36,712 bases of DNA from a virus (lineage: Duplodnaviria; Caudoviricetes): positions 1-36,712 of IMG/VR virus record IMGVR_UViG_3300048026_000602. One strand, 5' to 3'. Under the pieces are notes generated by a model. That model saw only the letters and a program-made list of their open reading frames with translations, was not told the origin of the DNA and did no database searches. Shown in pieces: positions 25,801 to 34,400 of this stretch (within the stretch, counting starts at the first letter, position 1; each line of letters opens with the position of its first letter). A program made the position numbers and the translations under genes.

Positions 25801-26962
25801 GAAGAGCGGTTACAGAGTTTGAAAGTGTAGAAATGTCGACGTCAACATCGTCTACTCTTGTAGTTAGTTGGTTTATAGCGCTCGCATTAGCCGCTAAACC
25901 TGTTGTAGAGTCTGTTATAGCCGAGTTTAAACTTGTAATATTTATTGATGTTGATATGTTTTGTGCGCCTGACACGCCCGCAACCAATAGAATATTTGAA
26001 GCATTTGATGAAATAGCTAACCCATTAGCATCAATTTCAGACTGTAAGGTTTCGTCAATAGAGGAAGAAGCGCCAGAAGCTGTTGTAGACCAAGTTGACC
26101 CTGTATACACATATATTTGGTTGTTGTTGTCTGTTTCAAACCAAATATCCCCTGCAAGTAAACTTGTACCATCTGGCCTTACAGTTGGGGGGTCGTCTGA
26201 TCTTATAACAGAAGGCGCGTTTATACTCTCTAATGCGTCTACCGCATCTTGAGCATCTTGAGCTAAATCATTTACTGTTTCAAAAGTAGCTTGTAGTGTC
26301 CTGTTTACCCCCGCTAGGGTAATACTCATATCAGTGTTTAACGTTAAAAAACCGGGTAGGTTTTTTATTTCTTCTGTTAAAGCGGTCATAACCTCTTCTA
26401 CACTTTCTAGAGTTACACCTTCGGCGCCGTTAGTATCATTAAAAGGCCCTGGAATATTTTGATCTGAAACATACCTAACCCAATAATAATAGGTTTTGTT
26501 ATATCCAACTTCATCTGTATACACAAACGCATTTGTACTAGCAACAAAAACAGCTCCCGCTAATTCATTTGATTGAGACCTCCAAATCTCTGTAAAAGCG
26601 TGATTGCCATAAGGGGCAGAAGCGCTCATACCATTCCAGTCTAAAATAATGGCGGTAAAAGCACCATTAGCTGTTAGCCCAAAAGGGGCGGGGGGAGTAG
26701 TTAAATCTCCGGGAGGCTCATCCGGAGGGCCGAAACCCCCTCCTCCGGGGGCGTTGGGGTTAAAAGGATTGTTTGTTAGTTCCTTGGCTAACCCACTTTC
26801 TATTAGCTCTCTTAGAGTAATGGCCCTATCTCTTGGATCCCCTCTTCTACCAAGCCTTACTTCCAAAGCTTCTTTCATAGATTCTAAAGTAGATTTAACT
26901 TCAAAATCTAAATTAGTTGGAATGTTTTTAATTGCAGGTACTTTTGTGCCTTTAGTAGCCAT
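22892..26962 (-). CDS. Tail tip/fibre host-specificity protein
   Basis: FN3-like N-terminal region, coiled coils, 7 GD.W.DTD..N.LYRW.G..W modules, DUF1983-like region (IAGF...QADRF...PFIV), ITNAKIADA repeats. Confidence 0.85.
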   Translation of the reverse strand: MATKGTKVPAIKNIPTNLDFEVKSTLESMKEALEVRLGRRGDPRDRAITLRELIESGLAKELTNNPFNPNAPGGGGFGPPDEPPGDLTTPPAPFGLTANGAFTAIILDWNGMSASAPYGNHAFTEIWRSQSNELAGAVFVASTNAFVYTDEVGYNKTYYYWVRYVSDQNIPGPFNDTNGAEGVTLESVEEVMTALTEEIKNLPGFLTLNTDMSITLAGVNRTLQATFETVNDLAQDAQDAVDALESINAPSVIRSDDPPTVRPDGTSLLAGDIWFETDNNNQIYVYTGSTWSTTASGASSSIDETLQSEIDANGLAISSNASNILLVAGVSGAQNISTSINITSLNSAITDSTTGLAANASAINQLTTRVDDVDVDISTLSNSVTALQATVTGYNGTNTIASAINGLQIQITANDGDISANATAVTNLNLALTGYTGSGAVATAISGLQTSINTNAGDIVSISNNVIGLTNSLSTTNSTKNQTFVQTSAPTAIAVGDLWIDSDDNNKLYRWDGSTWEEVADTSGIAIYAQNSQPTGANEGDLWFDTDDDNRQYRWDGTQWAEVTDPRIGLKTTTFVQSTVPTSTAIGDTWIHTGSSNQLYVARSIGADQITAGEWEDAQDGEIAANSSAINTLESEVSLIDGTLTSNSAAILSLQNALSGYTGSGAVASAFQSLTNTVTAIPVNFRQANAPTGTLTEGDLWIDTDDNQLYRYNGSSWQTVRDSVITANSQAITTLQATVNNSNTGVAANASAIDALEITVTGTGGHATRIGALETTVNNSNTGVAANASAISSLETTVETKNKSFAQVSAPGNTSGNDLKTGDLWIETDNNNKLYRWNGATWAPLSPSTVTTFAQNNQPTANLVGDLWFDTDDDNKLYRWNGSSWVEVRDDLISSNATAITAVQSEIGITFDGRLRTTDGSEFIDIQTMSGGSTVNHNITAADVTTGVFVALRGFGSVGGFSEIQINRTHKVIEVINATRLKVEAAGATATSSVNPSTRITDGVLIGTNAGVLQLAETTTNTLGQTEASYVLQVNSNGHIAGFAIQSSTGPDGQQQSDVIVQADRFTLVPSTGVGEVAPFIVDAGVVYIDTARIKDGAIENVKIKDATIETAKLKDAVITNAKIADANITNAKIADATIQGAKIVTATITDAHIFNLSAEKITSDFLDADRIEADSITATKIETTDLFLPSRGGEKTGPSIGYFHDNDFNYRQIAEIGSGAGFYQGFARIYKGSYAGQVKTIVFMVSDGTYGASYIYDVNTGVYFYDVGPNFNIDGKGSYREDSASHVVFDTPHIGFLTGNWIPSGRLTSTRDSGNIPLAFRYTGTGTLNFFIGAQGDSNYQYVGGVDVRFIKFST

Positions 26963-28965
26963 TAAATCTCCCTTAATTCATCTATAGATTCACCTATACA
27001 AAGTTCGTTTACAGTAGCTGTAGCTATCACTTCTATCTCATAGTTGGTGTGTAACTTAGCAGGTAACCTAAGAATAGGTTCTGGGTGCAAAGTAGCACTA
27101 AAACTAGTAGGAGCGCTCCCTGTTACACTATAAGCAGGGCCTGCTACACCAGTTAAAGATATAGTAGCGTTATAGTATAAATTACCATCTCCATACACTT
27201 TTATTGTAACCGGATAGTCTTCTGCTACTACTTTTACAAAACCCATGCTAGTAGGGCGGGGTGGTACAAATTCTTTAGTTTTAAATGTTAAAGTTCTAGT
27301 TGTATCAGTGTCACCTTGGAATTTTTTAATTTTTTGTTGGATTATTAAATAAGCGTTATTATCATCGGGGTCAGTAAATCCACCTCTTATAGCTGCACTT
27401 TCAGTTAATTCTACAAAACTATTTGTACCACCTCTTGGGTCAAATATAAACCCAGCCGTGTCTCCATTGCCGTCTGTATAAAAACCTAAGTATCTACCCT
27501 CCCATAAGAACCCTTTAATAGTCCCAGGAAAATAACTAGTTTGCCATTGAGCTGGAGAAATTATCCCTTCTGTAACCACATTTACATCTGTACCGGCTGC
27601 TGCTACTAAACCATCTGGAGAGGCATACATAACGTATGGACCCATATCAACTAAAGATGATTTAGCTAAACAAGCTTGTGCGGCCTCAATACGTATAGCA
27701 CTCATAGATTGAGGGTCAGTACCTGCTATTAAATAAGGTCTACCTTTTGTAGTAACAATTACGCCATTACCTGCAGCTCCTATTGCTACAATTTCTTCTT
27801 CTAACGTAATCCTGTATATAATAGGCCATGCATGTGGTAAAAAAGGCTCACTAAAACAAATACGTTTTCCTGTAAAACCAGCAAAAATACCATTAGGTAA
27901 AGCAGTTAAACCTTGAAGCGGACCATCTGGGTAAGTACTAGTATCATCATCCGGTGGGCCAATCCAATAATAAGAAGGAATAATTTCTCCTAACTGGTCA
28001 TTATCTGAAACATCTGTAAAAGAAGTAGTAGCCATAGTAACTTCACCTACAAATTGGAATGCAGTAGTATTTGATCCGGTATTAGAGCGATAAATACGTT
28101 TTTTAGAGGCGGTACCAAAGTTACTATTCGTTTTTGAACTAGTTGTTTCTAAATCTGTTAATTCTATTACTCTATTATCATCAGTACTTAAAACAGTTGA
28201 TGCAGGTGAAGGGGGGCCTTCTTCCCCATATGCGCTAACAAAAGTGTATACGTACGAAGTAGAGTAATCAGCAAGGGCGTCTGATTGTGCTTTAAATGTA
28301 GCCCCGTCTGTAATGCTTGCAGTGGTAACATTACCTGCATTAGCTGATCCAGAGGTTTTTACTTCTACTGTAGTTGTAGAAGGTACAGCTGTAATTTTAA
28401 AACCCCCATTTATATCTGTTGATTCAATTTCATCTGTAGTTGGGAACCCAGCTAATGTTACATAATCTCCGACAGATGCACCGTGGGCCGTGGCTGTAGT
28501 CACTGTAATCGTACCAGAGTTAATTAAAGTTGTTACCGTAGCATCAAACGAGGCCTCCGCTTGAAGGGCAACGGTCGGTGCTGTAGTAGGCGCGGGAATA
28601 CCTAGCCTATAATGACTAGAAGGGTAAGGTTCACTGCCTAATATAACATCACTCCTGCCCATTCGAGGGTATGATTGACCTGTCCAATATACAGTGTTAT
28701 TTGTATCTCCGGCAATGGGCCCTGGGACTACATCAACGCCCTCTTCATCAAACTGAAGCCAACGTTCTGGAGAGTCTGTGTATTTATAAATACTATCTTG
28801 AGAAGCATTTGTTAAGTCGTTTGCATTACTATACCCATAAATAGGGGCTAGTTTACCGCTGTCTAAGTTAACGTTTGTAGCGGTTTGACCTATTTGGTCT
28901 TGTAGTAACCTTGGTGATACTTGTGGAGCTATACCGCCAAATGTAATAAGTTTAAAATATGCCAT
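26962..28965 (-). CDS. Tail tubular/nozzle (stabilisation) protein
   Basis: N-terminal FGGIAP..SPRLL, YVYTFVSAYGEEGPPS, RIYRS, FSEPFLPHAWP; Thr-rich TAHGASVGDYV insert. Confidence 0.75.
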   Translation of the reverse strand: MAYFKLITFGGIAPQVSPRLLQDQIGQTATNVNLDSGKLAPIYGYSNANDLTNASQDSIYKYTDSPERWLQFDEEGVDVVPGPIAGDTNNTVYWTGQSYPRMGRSDVILGSEPYPSSHYRLGIPAPTTAPTVALQAEASFDATVTTLINSGTITVTTATAHGASVGDYVTLAGFPTTDEIESTDINGGFKITAVPSTTTVEVKTSGSANAGNVTTASITDGATFKAQSDALADYSTSYVYTFVSAYGEEGPPSPASTVLSTDDNRVIELTDLETTSSKTNSNFGTASKKRIYRSNTGSNTTAFQFVGEVTMATTSFTDVSDNDQLGEIIPSYYWIGPPDDDTSTYPDGPLQGLTALPNGIFAGFTGKRICFSEPFLPHAWPIIYRITLEEEIVAIGAAGNGVIVTTKGRPYLIAGTDPQSMSAIRIEAAQACLAKSSLVDMGPYVMYASPDGLVAAAGTDVNVVTEGIISPAQWQTSYFPGTIKGFLWEGRYLGFYTDGNGDTAGFIFDPRGGTNSFVELTESAAIRGGFTDPDDNNAYLIIQQKIKKFQGDTDTTRTLTFKTKEFVPPRPTSMGFVKVVAEDYPVTIKVYGDGNLYYNATISLTGVAGPAYSVTGSAPTSFSATLHPEPILRLPAKLHTNYEIEVIATATVNELCIGESIDELREI

Positions 28966-28966
28966 A

Positions 28967-29254
28967 TCATCTGAAATTATACATTATTGCAGCGACAACT
29001 GCAGATACTATAATCCAGAAAAACCTTTCTACGTTGTTAACCCCTTTTGTATTTAAGGTTGCTTTTTTTTCAACATCGTCTACTCGGTCTTCCAACTTAT
29101 CTAACCGAACAAAAAACCTATCATTTTGTTTCAAAACCGTTGTTACCCTCTCCTCTATACGCGCTATAGAAATAATAGCATCAGATAGTTTATCTATCTT
29201 ATCTTCTATTTTTTCTAATCTTTTATATTCGATGTCATTCACTTGTAACTCCAT
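28967..29254 (-). CDS. Coiled-coil protein with C-terminal TM (holin/XhlA-like)
   Basis: IARIEER coiled coil, one C-terminal TM; adjacent to the endolysin. Confidence 0.6.
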   Translation of the reverse strand: MELQVNDIEYKRLEKIEDKIDKLSDAIISIARIEERVTTVLKQNDRFFVRLDKLEDRVDDVEKKATLNTKGVNNVERFFWIIVSAVVAAIMYNFR

Positions 29255-29622
29255 ACCGTAGGTCTTGGTCTACATGGCTCTGAGTCTAGAACATCGAGGT
29301 GGATGAATCTAGAGTCCCCATGCTGTTTTACGCCAAGGCCTGTTATACCATGTTTTAGGGCCACTTTAATTACTTTTAAAGCGTCCTTTCCTCTAATTAA
29401 TATATCTACTGCCTTGCCCGATGCGTGGGCTCCTGGAGTGGGCTTTTTAGCTTCTATGGGGTGAGTTTTATCCCTATAACCACTAGAAACAATAAAAGGT
29501 ACGCCAACCTCTTCTCTTATTATATCTAGTTTATGCATAAAGTCATCATCCATATGACATAAACCAGTGTGTTTACACCTTACTTCGTCTTCAGTAAAGT
29601 ATTTCCACCTTTTCACTGTCAA
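29239..29622 (-). CDS. Endolysin, peptidase M15 family
   Basis: SSGYR, H..GKAVD, FIHLD zinc-peptidase motifs. Confidence 0.9.
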   Translation of the reverse strand: MTVKRWKYFTEDEVRCKHTGLCHMDDDFMHKLDIIREEVGVPFIVSSGYRDKTHPIEAKKPTPGAHASGKAVDILIRGKDALKVIKVALKHGITGLGVKQHGDSRFIHLDVLDSEPCRPRPTVWSYK

Positions 29623-29873
29623 TCACTTTTTTCTTGTTCTATCTCTACACCCTTTACTTTATCTTCTTTTAAGTAAATTTTTAAGTCAGAAGAAAATTGA
29701 AGTTGAGCAGCTTGTTTTACTTTTAACTGATAGGCAATTTCATTTATTTCTTGTTGAACTCTAACAAGAGAATTGAAACCATCTGCTGTTCTAGGGGTTA
29801 AGTCTTCGATGGTGTATTGAACCCCATCAAAATTAATTGTTTTTACTTGGTTATCTTGTACTGTGTCAGTCAT
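29619..29873 (-). CDS. Hypothetical late protein
   Basis: AGGAG SD; INFDG..Y...DL pattern followed by a coiled coil. Confidence 0.7.
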   Translation of the reverse strand: MTDTVQDNQVKTINFDGVQYTIEDLTPRTADGFNSLVRVQQEINEIAYQLKVKQAAQLQFSSDLKIYLKEDKVKGVEIEQEKSD

Positions 29874-29887
29874 TGTAATACTCCTTA

Positions 29888-30268
29888 TTATTTAGTTAAT
29901 TGTTTTTGCTTTTCATAGGTCCTTAATCCGCCTAATCCAAGCATACCTAAAAGTATAGTCATAAGTGAACTCATGTCAAACTCTGGTAATTCAAAATTAT
30001 ACCCTAATGCTGCAAAAATAAAAATGAGCAAAGGTTGTAAAAGAAAATGGTAAAAAAGGGCTGCGGCACAGCTCCAGCCGGTAAAAGGCCTCCAGCCAGC
30101 AACAAATACTGTTCGGTGGGCCGCTTCTACTTTGTTGATTTCTATTTGGGCCATATTGGCTTTATGTAATTCAGTATTCAATTCGTGCTGTAATTTAACT
30201 TTTAAATCTTTATCAGCAACAAATTTATCTAGAATTTTCGAAACTGGTTCAATTAATTTATCTATCAT
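29888..30268 (-). CDS. GTA-type 3TM holin
   Basis: AGWRPFTGW, LLGMLGLGGLRTYEK. Confidence 0.85.
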   Translation of the reverse strand: MIDKLIEPVSKILDKFVADKDLKVKLQHELNTELHKANMAQIEINKVEAAHRTVFVAGWRPFTGWSCAAALFYHFLLQPLLIFIFAALGYNFELPEFDMSSLMTILLGMLGLGGLRTYEKQKQLTK

Positions 30269-30287
30269 ATGTGTATTTTACTATATT

Positions 30288-30443
30288 TTAGTCAACTAAA
30301 TTAGTCCACATATAATTTTCTGCTGCTTCTAGTGTTGTAAAAGTTTGTATATCTTCCTCAGTGTTATTATCTACTATAGTAAAGGTAGTCTCATCATGTT
30401 GTTGAATAACATAAGGAACATTGGTTATAGGTCCCAGGCTCAT
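30288..30443 (-). CDS. 51-aa acidic protein
   Basis: Hand translation MSLGPITNVPYVIQQHDETTFTIVDNNTEEDIQTFTTLEAAENYMWTNLVD; GGAGG SD; TAATG coupling. Confidence 0.65.
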   Translation of the reverse strand: MSLGPITNVPYVIQQHDETTFTIVDNNTEEDIQTFTTLEAAENYMWTNLVD

Positions 30444-31180
30444 TATAAACCTCCTCCGCCAGGTCCCGCCGTTCCTCTTGTCGCACTTAGAGATATGTTT
30501 TTAGATCCACTGTTATAACCACTTGAACTTGGGTAATAGGTACCGCTTAAGGAAGCTCTCATATAAAAAGTCGCACTGCCACTCAATGATCTGGTTCCGC
30601 TACCAGAGCTAACAGTAACTTTCCATTGAAAGAAGGGACTGTAGGAAGAAGTGCTTACAGTTGCCCAGGTTCCTGATGAGGGAGCTCCTCCAGTAGGATT
30701 TTCTACACTACCTACAGTTCCTGAAGAGCTGACACTATAAACAGCCTTACATTCAAAAGTAGCACTGTCTAATCCTGTGTACCCCTGATAAGCGTATGAA
30801 AATGTTTGTGCTGTACCTGAGTCATAAGTAGAGAATCTATGCTCCAGTCTATCGTTAGCAGTATCTACCTTCTGGGCATAAGTACAGCCTACTTGTGCAT
30901 AAAAGGAAGAGGTAAAGCTTTTAAAACCCCATGGATCTGGAGCGGTAGCTAGGCCTGATAAAGGCCAAGTGTCTAAAGATGCGGCTGATGCGTTCCTAAA
31001 TTCGCCAATAGATATAGTGCTACCGCTTGTTGTATTAATGCCATTACCACCATCATAGGTGGAATCTGGTGCTCCTATACCTCTAACATCCGTATCATTT
31101 AAAGATACAGTGGTGCCAGATGTTCCGCCAACTTCTACATGAATAGCGTTTAAACTAATACTAGTTGTTGGTAGCGGCAT
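30443..31180 (-). CDS. Ser/Thr/Gly-rich fibre-tip (adhesin-like) protein
   Basis: N-terminal ISL..I..E.GG...SL.D..R attachment-like motif; downstream of the long fibre. Confidence 0.65.
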   Translation of the reverse strand: MPLPTTSISLNAIHVEVGGTSGTTVSLNDTDVRGIGAPDSTYDGGNGINTTSGSTISIGEFRNASAASLDTWPLSGLATAPDPWGFKSFTSSFYAQVGCTYAQKVDTANDRLEHRFSTYDSGTAQTFSYAYQGYTGLDSATFECKAVYSVSSSGTVGSVENPTGGAPSSGTWATVSTSSYSPFFQWKVTVSSGSGTRSLSGSATFYMRASLSGTYYPSSSGYNSGSKNISLSATRGTAGPGGGGL

Positions 31181-31184
31181 TTAT

Positions 31185-31442
31185 TTATGACCAGATTGCA
31201 TCACATACTGATATTACTAAGGCATCTTCGCCAGAATAATCTGTATCACTAACAACAGGGTTCTCTGGGTCTGAATTATCAGTAACAGTTTTGTTTAGGT
31301 GTTTTACTTGCGTCTGCACCACAGGTAATTCATCATCTTCTGAATCATCAAAAGTATTTTCATATATCACCATTACTCTTGGATCTTCATCTCCAGGGTA
31401 TACTTCAAGCCGGTGTAAGGCACGGGTCTTTTCAATAGCCAT
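31185..31442 (-). CDS. Small acidic tail-fibre-associated protein
   Basis: Coupled to the fibre stop; C-terminal VCDAIW. Confidence 0.65.
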   Translation of the reverse strand: MAIEKTRALHRLEVYPGDEDPRVMVIYENTFDDSEDDELPVVQTQVKHLNKTVTDNSDPENPVVSDTDYSGEDALVISVCDAIWS

Positions 31443-34400
31443 TATTTTTCTCCTTTTAAGTTATTGATTTCATTTTTTAGTGACTCTATTTGTTCTTGTT
31501 GTTCCTTAACAGCTTCAATTAATATTGCTGTTAAATGTTCATATCTTACACCATAAGTGTGTTTAAGTGGGTCATCGTCTTCTGCTTTAAAGTCTTCTTG
31601 TTCATAAACTGCAAGTTTTAAAATATCATCTTTTAACAAGTCTTGAGCGATAACACCCATTAGTCTTTCATCTTCTGATTTCTTTTTATAATTAAAAGTA
31701 ACACCTTTAATTTTTTCTAATCTTTCAATAGGTTTATCTATTTGCTCTATATTTTCTTTTTGTCTTATATCTGAAACTGTTCCATAAGCAGTGATATTAC
31801 CTTCTGCTTTTATGTCACCATTAGTGTTTAATAGGATTGCATAGTTAGCTGCGGTTGATTCAGTTCCAGTTGAAGGGGCTCCAACATAAAAAGGATTTAT
31901 TCCTGCTGTAGTTATACTTTGTCCTGAAAAAAATCTACAAGCCTGTCCACTTGACCTTACATCAAATATAGAGCCTGTAGTTGGGTTTGTACCTGTTCTT
32001 AAAGTTATACCTGCACCGTTTGCATTTGAGTTACCATTATTTTCAAAGTAAACATCACCACGACCAACATTAAAAGTAGTTGTACCGCCTGAAGAACTAT
32101 TACCAAGAATTGCAGAAATATTGGTTAGCTGTCTTGAGGAATCTATTACAGTTGTTCCTGCATTAACTGAACCTATTTTTACTGATTTACATATAGGGTG
32201 TCCGCCCTGAATAACAATACCGTAACCAGCATTATCTGAACCATGATAATAAGCTGCTCCATTCACACCTTGTACCATTGGGACACCATTAAAGCCATTG
32301 TAAAGTGTTTGAGTATTAGCTGGAGAACCATATGAAACTGCTGTTACAGCACGACCTGAACTTATTACTGTATCGCCAGTAATCTGTATACTACCTGCGG
32401 ATAGATACTGATCTCCACCATTTGGTCCAATCCTAACACCGTTACCACTATAATAACAAAGCTCTAATGGGTCGTTTACATTTCCTGAATCAACGGTATC
32501 AAATCTTGCACTTGCACCGTTAACAATACCAACACCATAAGTAGTTCCATTATTAATATACAATTTAGGAGCAGTAATATTTCCTGCAAAAGTAGCGTTA
32601 CCTGAAGAATTAATTGCAAGAGCTTCAGGATGGTCTGGATTACCAATTCTTAGTCTATCTCCCGCAGCGTTTTCTATTGTATAGGTTCTTGCAGTACTTG
32701 TAGTACCAGTCGAACTCGTATCAAAAACAATAGCAGACCGAGTGCTTGCTGTTTTGCCTATCCTTACTGTAGATGCTGTTGCTGTGGTTGTTGCTATAAG
32801 GTGACTATCACTTCCAGTAATTTGTAGATAACCGTTATTTATTGCAGTTCTATTATTATTTACTTCAAGTCTTTCACTACCTCCAGTAACAACTCGCCAC
32901 TGATCGGCTGCATGGAATTGCATATAGGTATTCGTATCGCCTGTAGAAATAATTTGGTCATCAAGATTTATACTTGGAAAAGTTCCTACTCTTGTACTGC
33001 TTATAACCTCATTAACACCAACACTATAAGATGTAGCAAAAGCGTTAGCACTAGCATCAAATACTTTAGTACCTGCGGTAAGATCTAAACCTGTTCCATT
33101 TGCAGGTGCACCAACACGAATTGTATTATCACTTCCATCAACAAGTAGCCCTATGGAAAATGAAATATCATTACCCGCTGTTCCAGTCGGTGCAGCATTA
33201 ATTGAAACTGCTCCATCTCTACCATGACCGCCAAATAATACTTTACCTGCACCATCACCTGTTACTGCATATTGACCATTTCCTACACCTGAATAACCAA
33301 TAGAAATAGAATAGTTACCATTACCATCATTAACATTTTGACGAATAGAATAGTTACCACTACTATCTTTAAAAGCTAAAACATTATCGCCATCACCACC
33401 ATCACCACGAGCATCTAAACGAAGCTCCCTATCTATATTTACAGTAGAACTAAATACTCCTGTAGTTGCACTTAAGGCTGTGTCTTCTTGATATGGTGTA
33501 TAACCTAAAGCAGTTGTAACTTGTGAGCTTGAAATTGTATTAAGATAAACACCTGAAGAGTTAATAATTTCAGAACCTCCCATCTTAAAACTACCGCTTA
33601 TAAGATTAGTGCCACCATCTGAGTCCCACTTTTGTACGCTTGTTCCTGCATATTGAATATCTATACCACCAGCACCATTGTAAAGAACGAGTCCATTATT
33701 TTGTTGTGCGTTTCTAAAATACCAATCGTCTGCACTTGAAGTAATTGTTAAATTATCATTTCCTGCTGTTAATGTAAGAGTGTCTGCACTTACATTACCA
33801 CTACTTGTGATAGCACCAACACTAGTTATATTGTTAGTGTTCATGTCCAGTGTTCCGAACATATCTATTTCAGTAGTACCATCTCCACCATTGACTCTTA
33901 TTTTTTCATTCTCACCAGCACCTGCTGCTGTACCTGCATAAATACTTACTCTACCGCTTGGTGTTCTATTAGTTAAATATGGATAAGAAGCATTATTATC
34001 GTAATTAAATAGCAAAAAATATCTTACAGAAGCAACTCCGCTTTCTTGCGGACTATATGACCAACCTACCGAGCCATTGTCTACAATAGCGTATGTTCCT
34101 GAACCATTAACTTCAATAGTGCTAGAGAAATCAGCACCTGTGCTTGTTATAATACCACTACTGATAGTTCCAACCTCGGTAAGATTATGACTATTCATAT
34201 CAATACCATCAGCATCAATTCTTATTACCTCACCATCAGTAGCTCCAGTAGGATAGAAAGCTATAAAACCACCTGCTCCTGCAATAGTAGGTTTATTAGC
34301 TGCATAAGTACCACCCCAAGATAAGTTATAACCACTACCAAGTTGTATGTGTTGACTTGTTGTTATATTACCACTGCTAGTAAAAGTTGTTATTCCCTGA

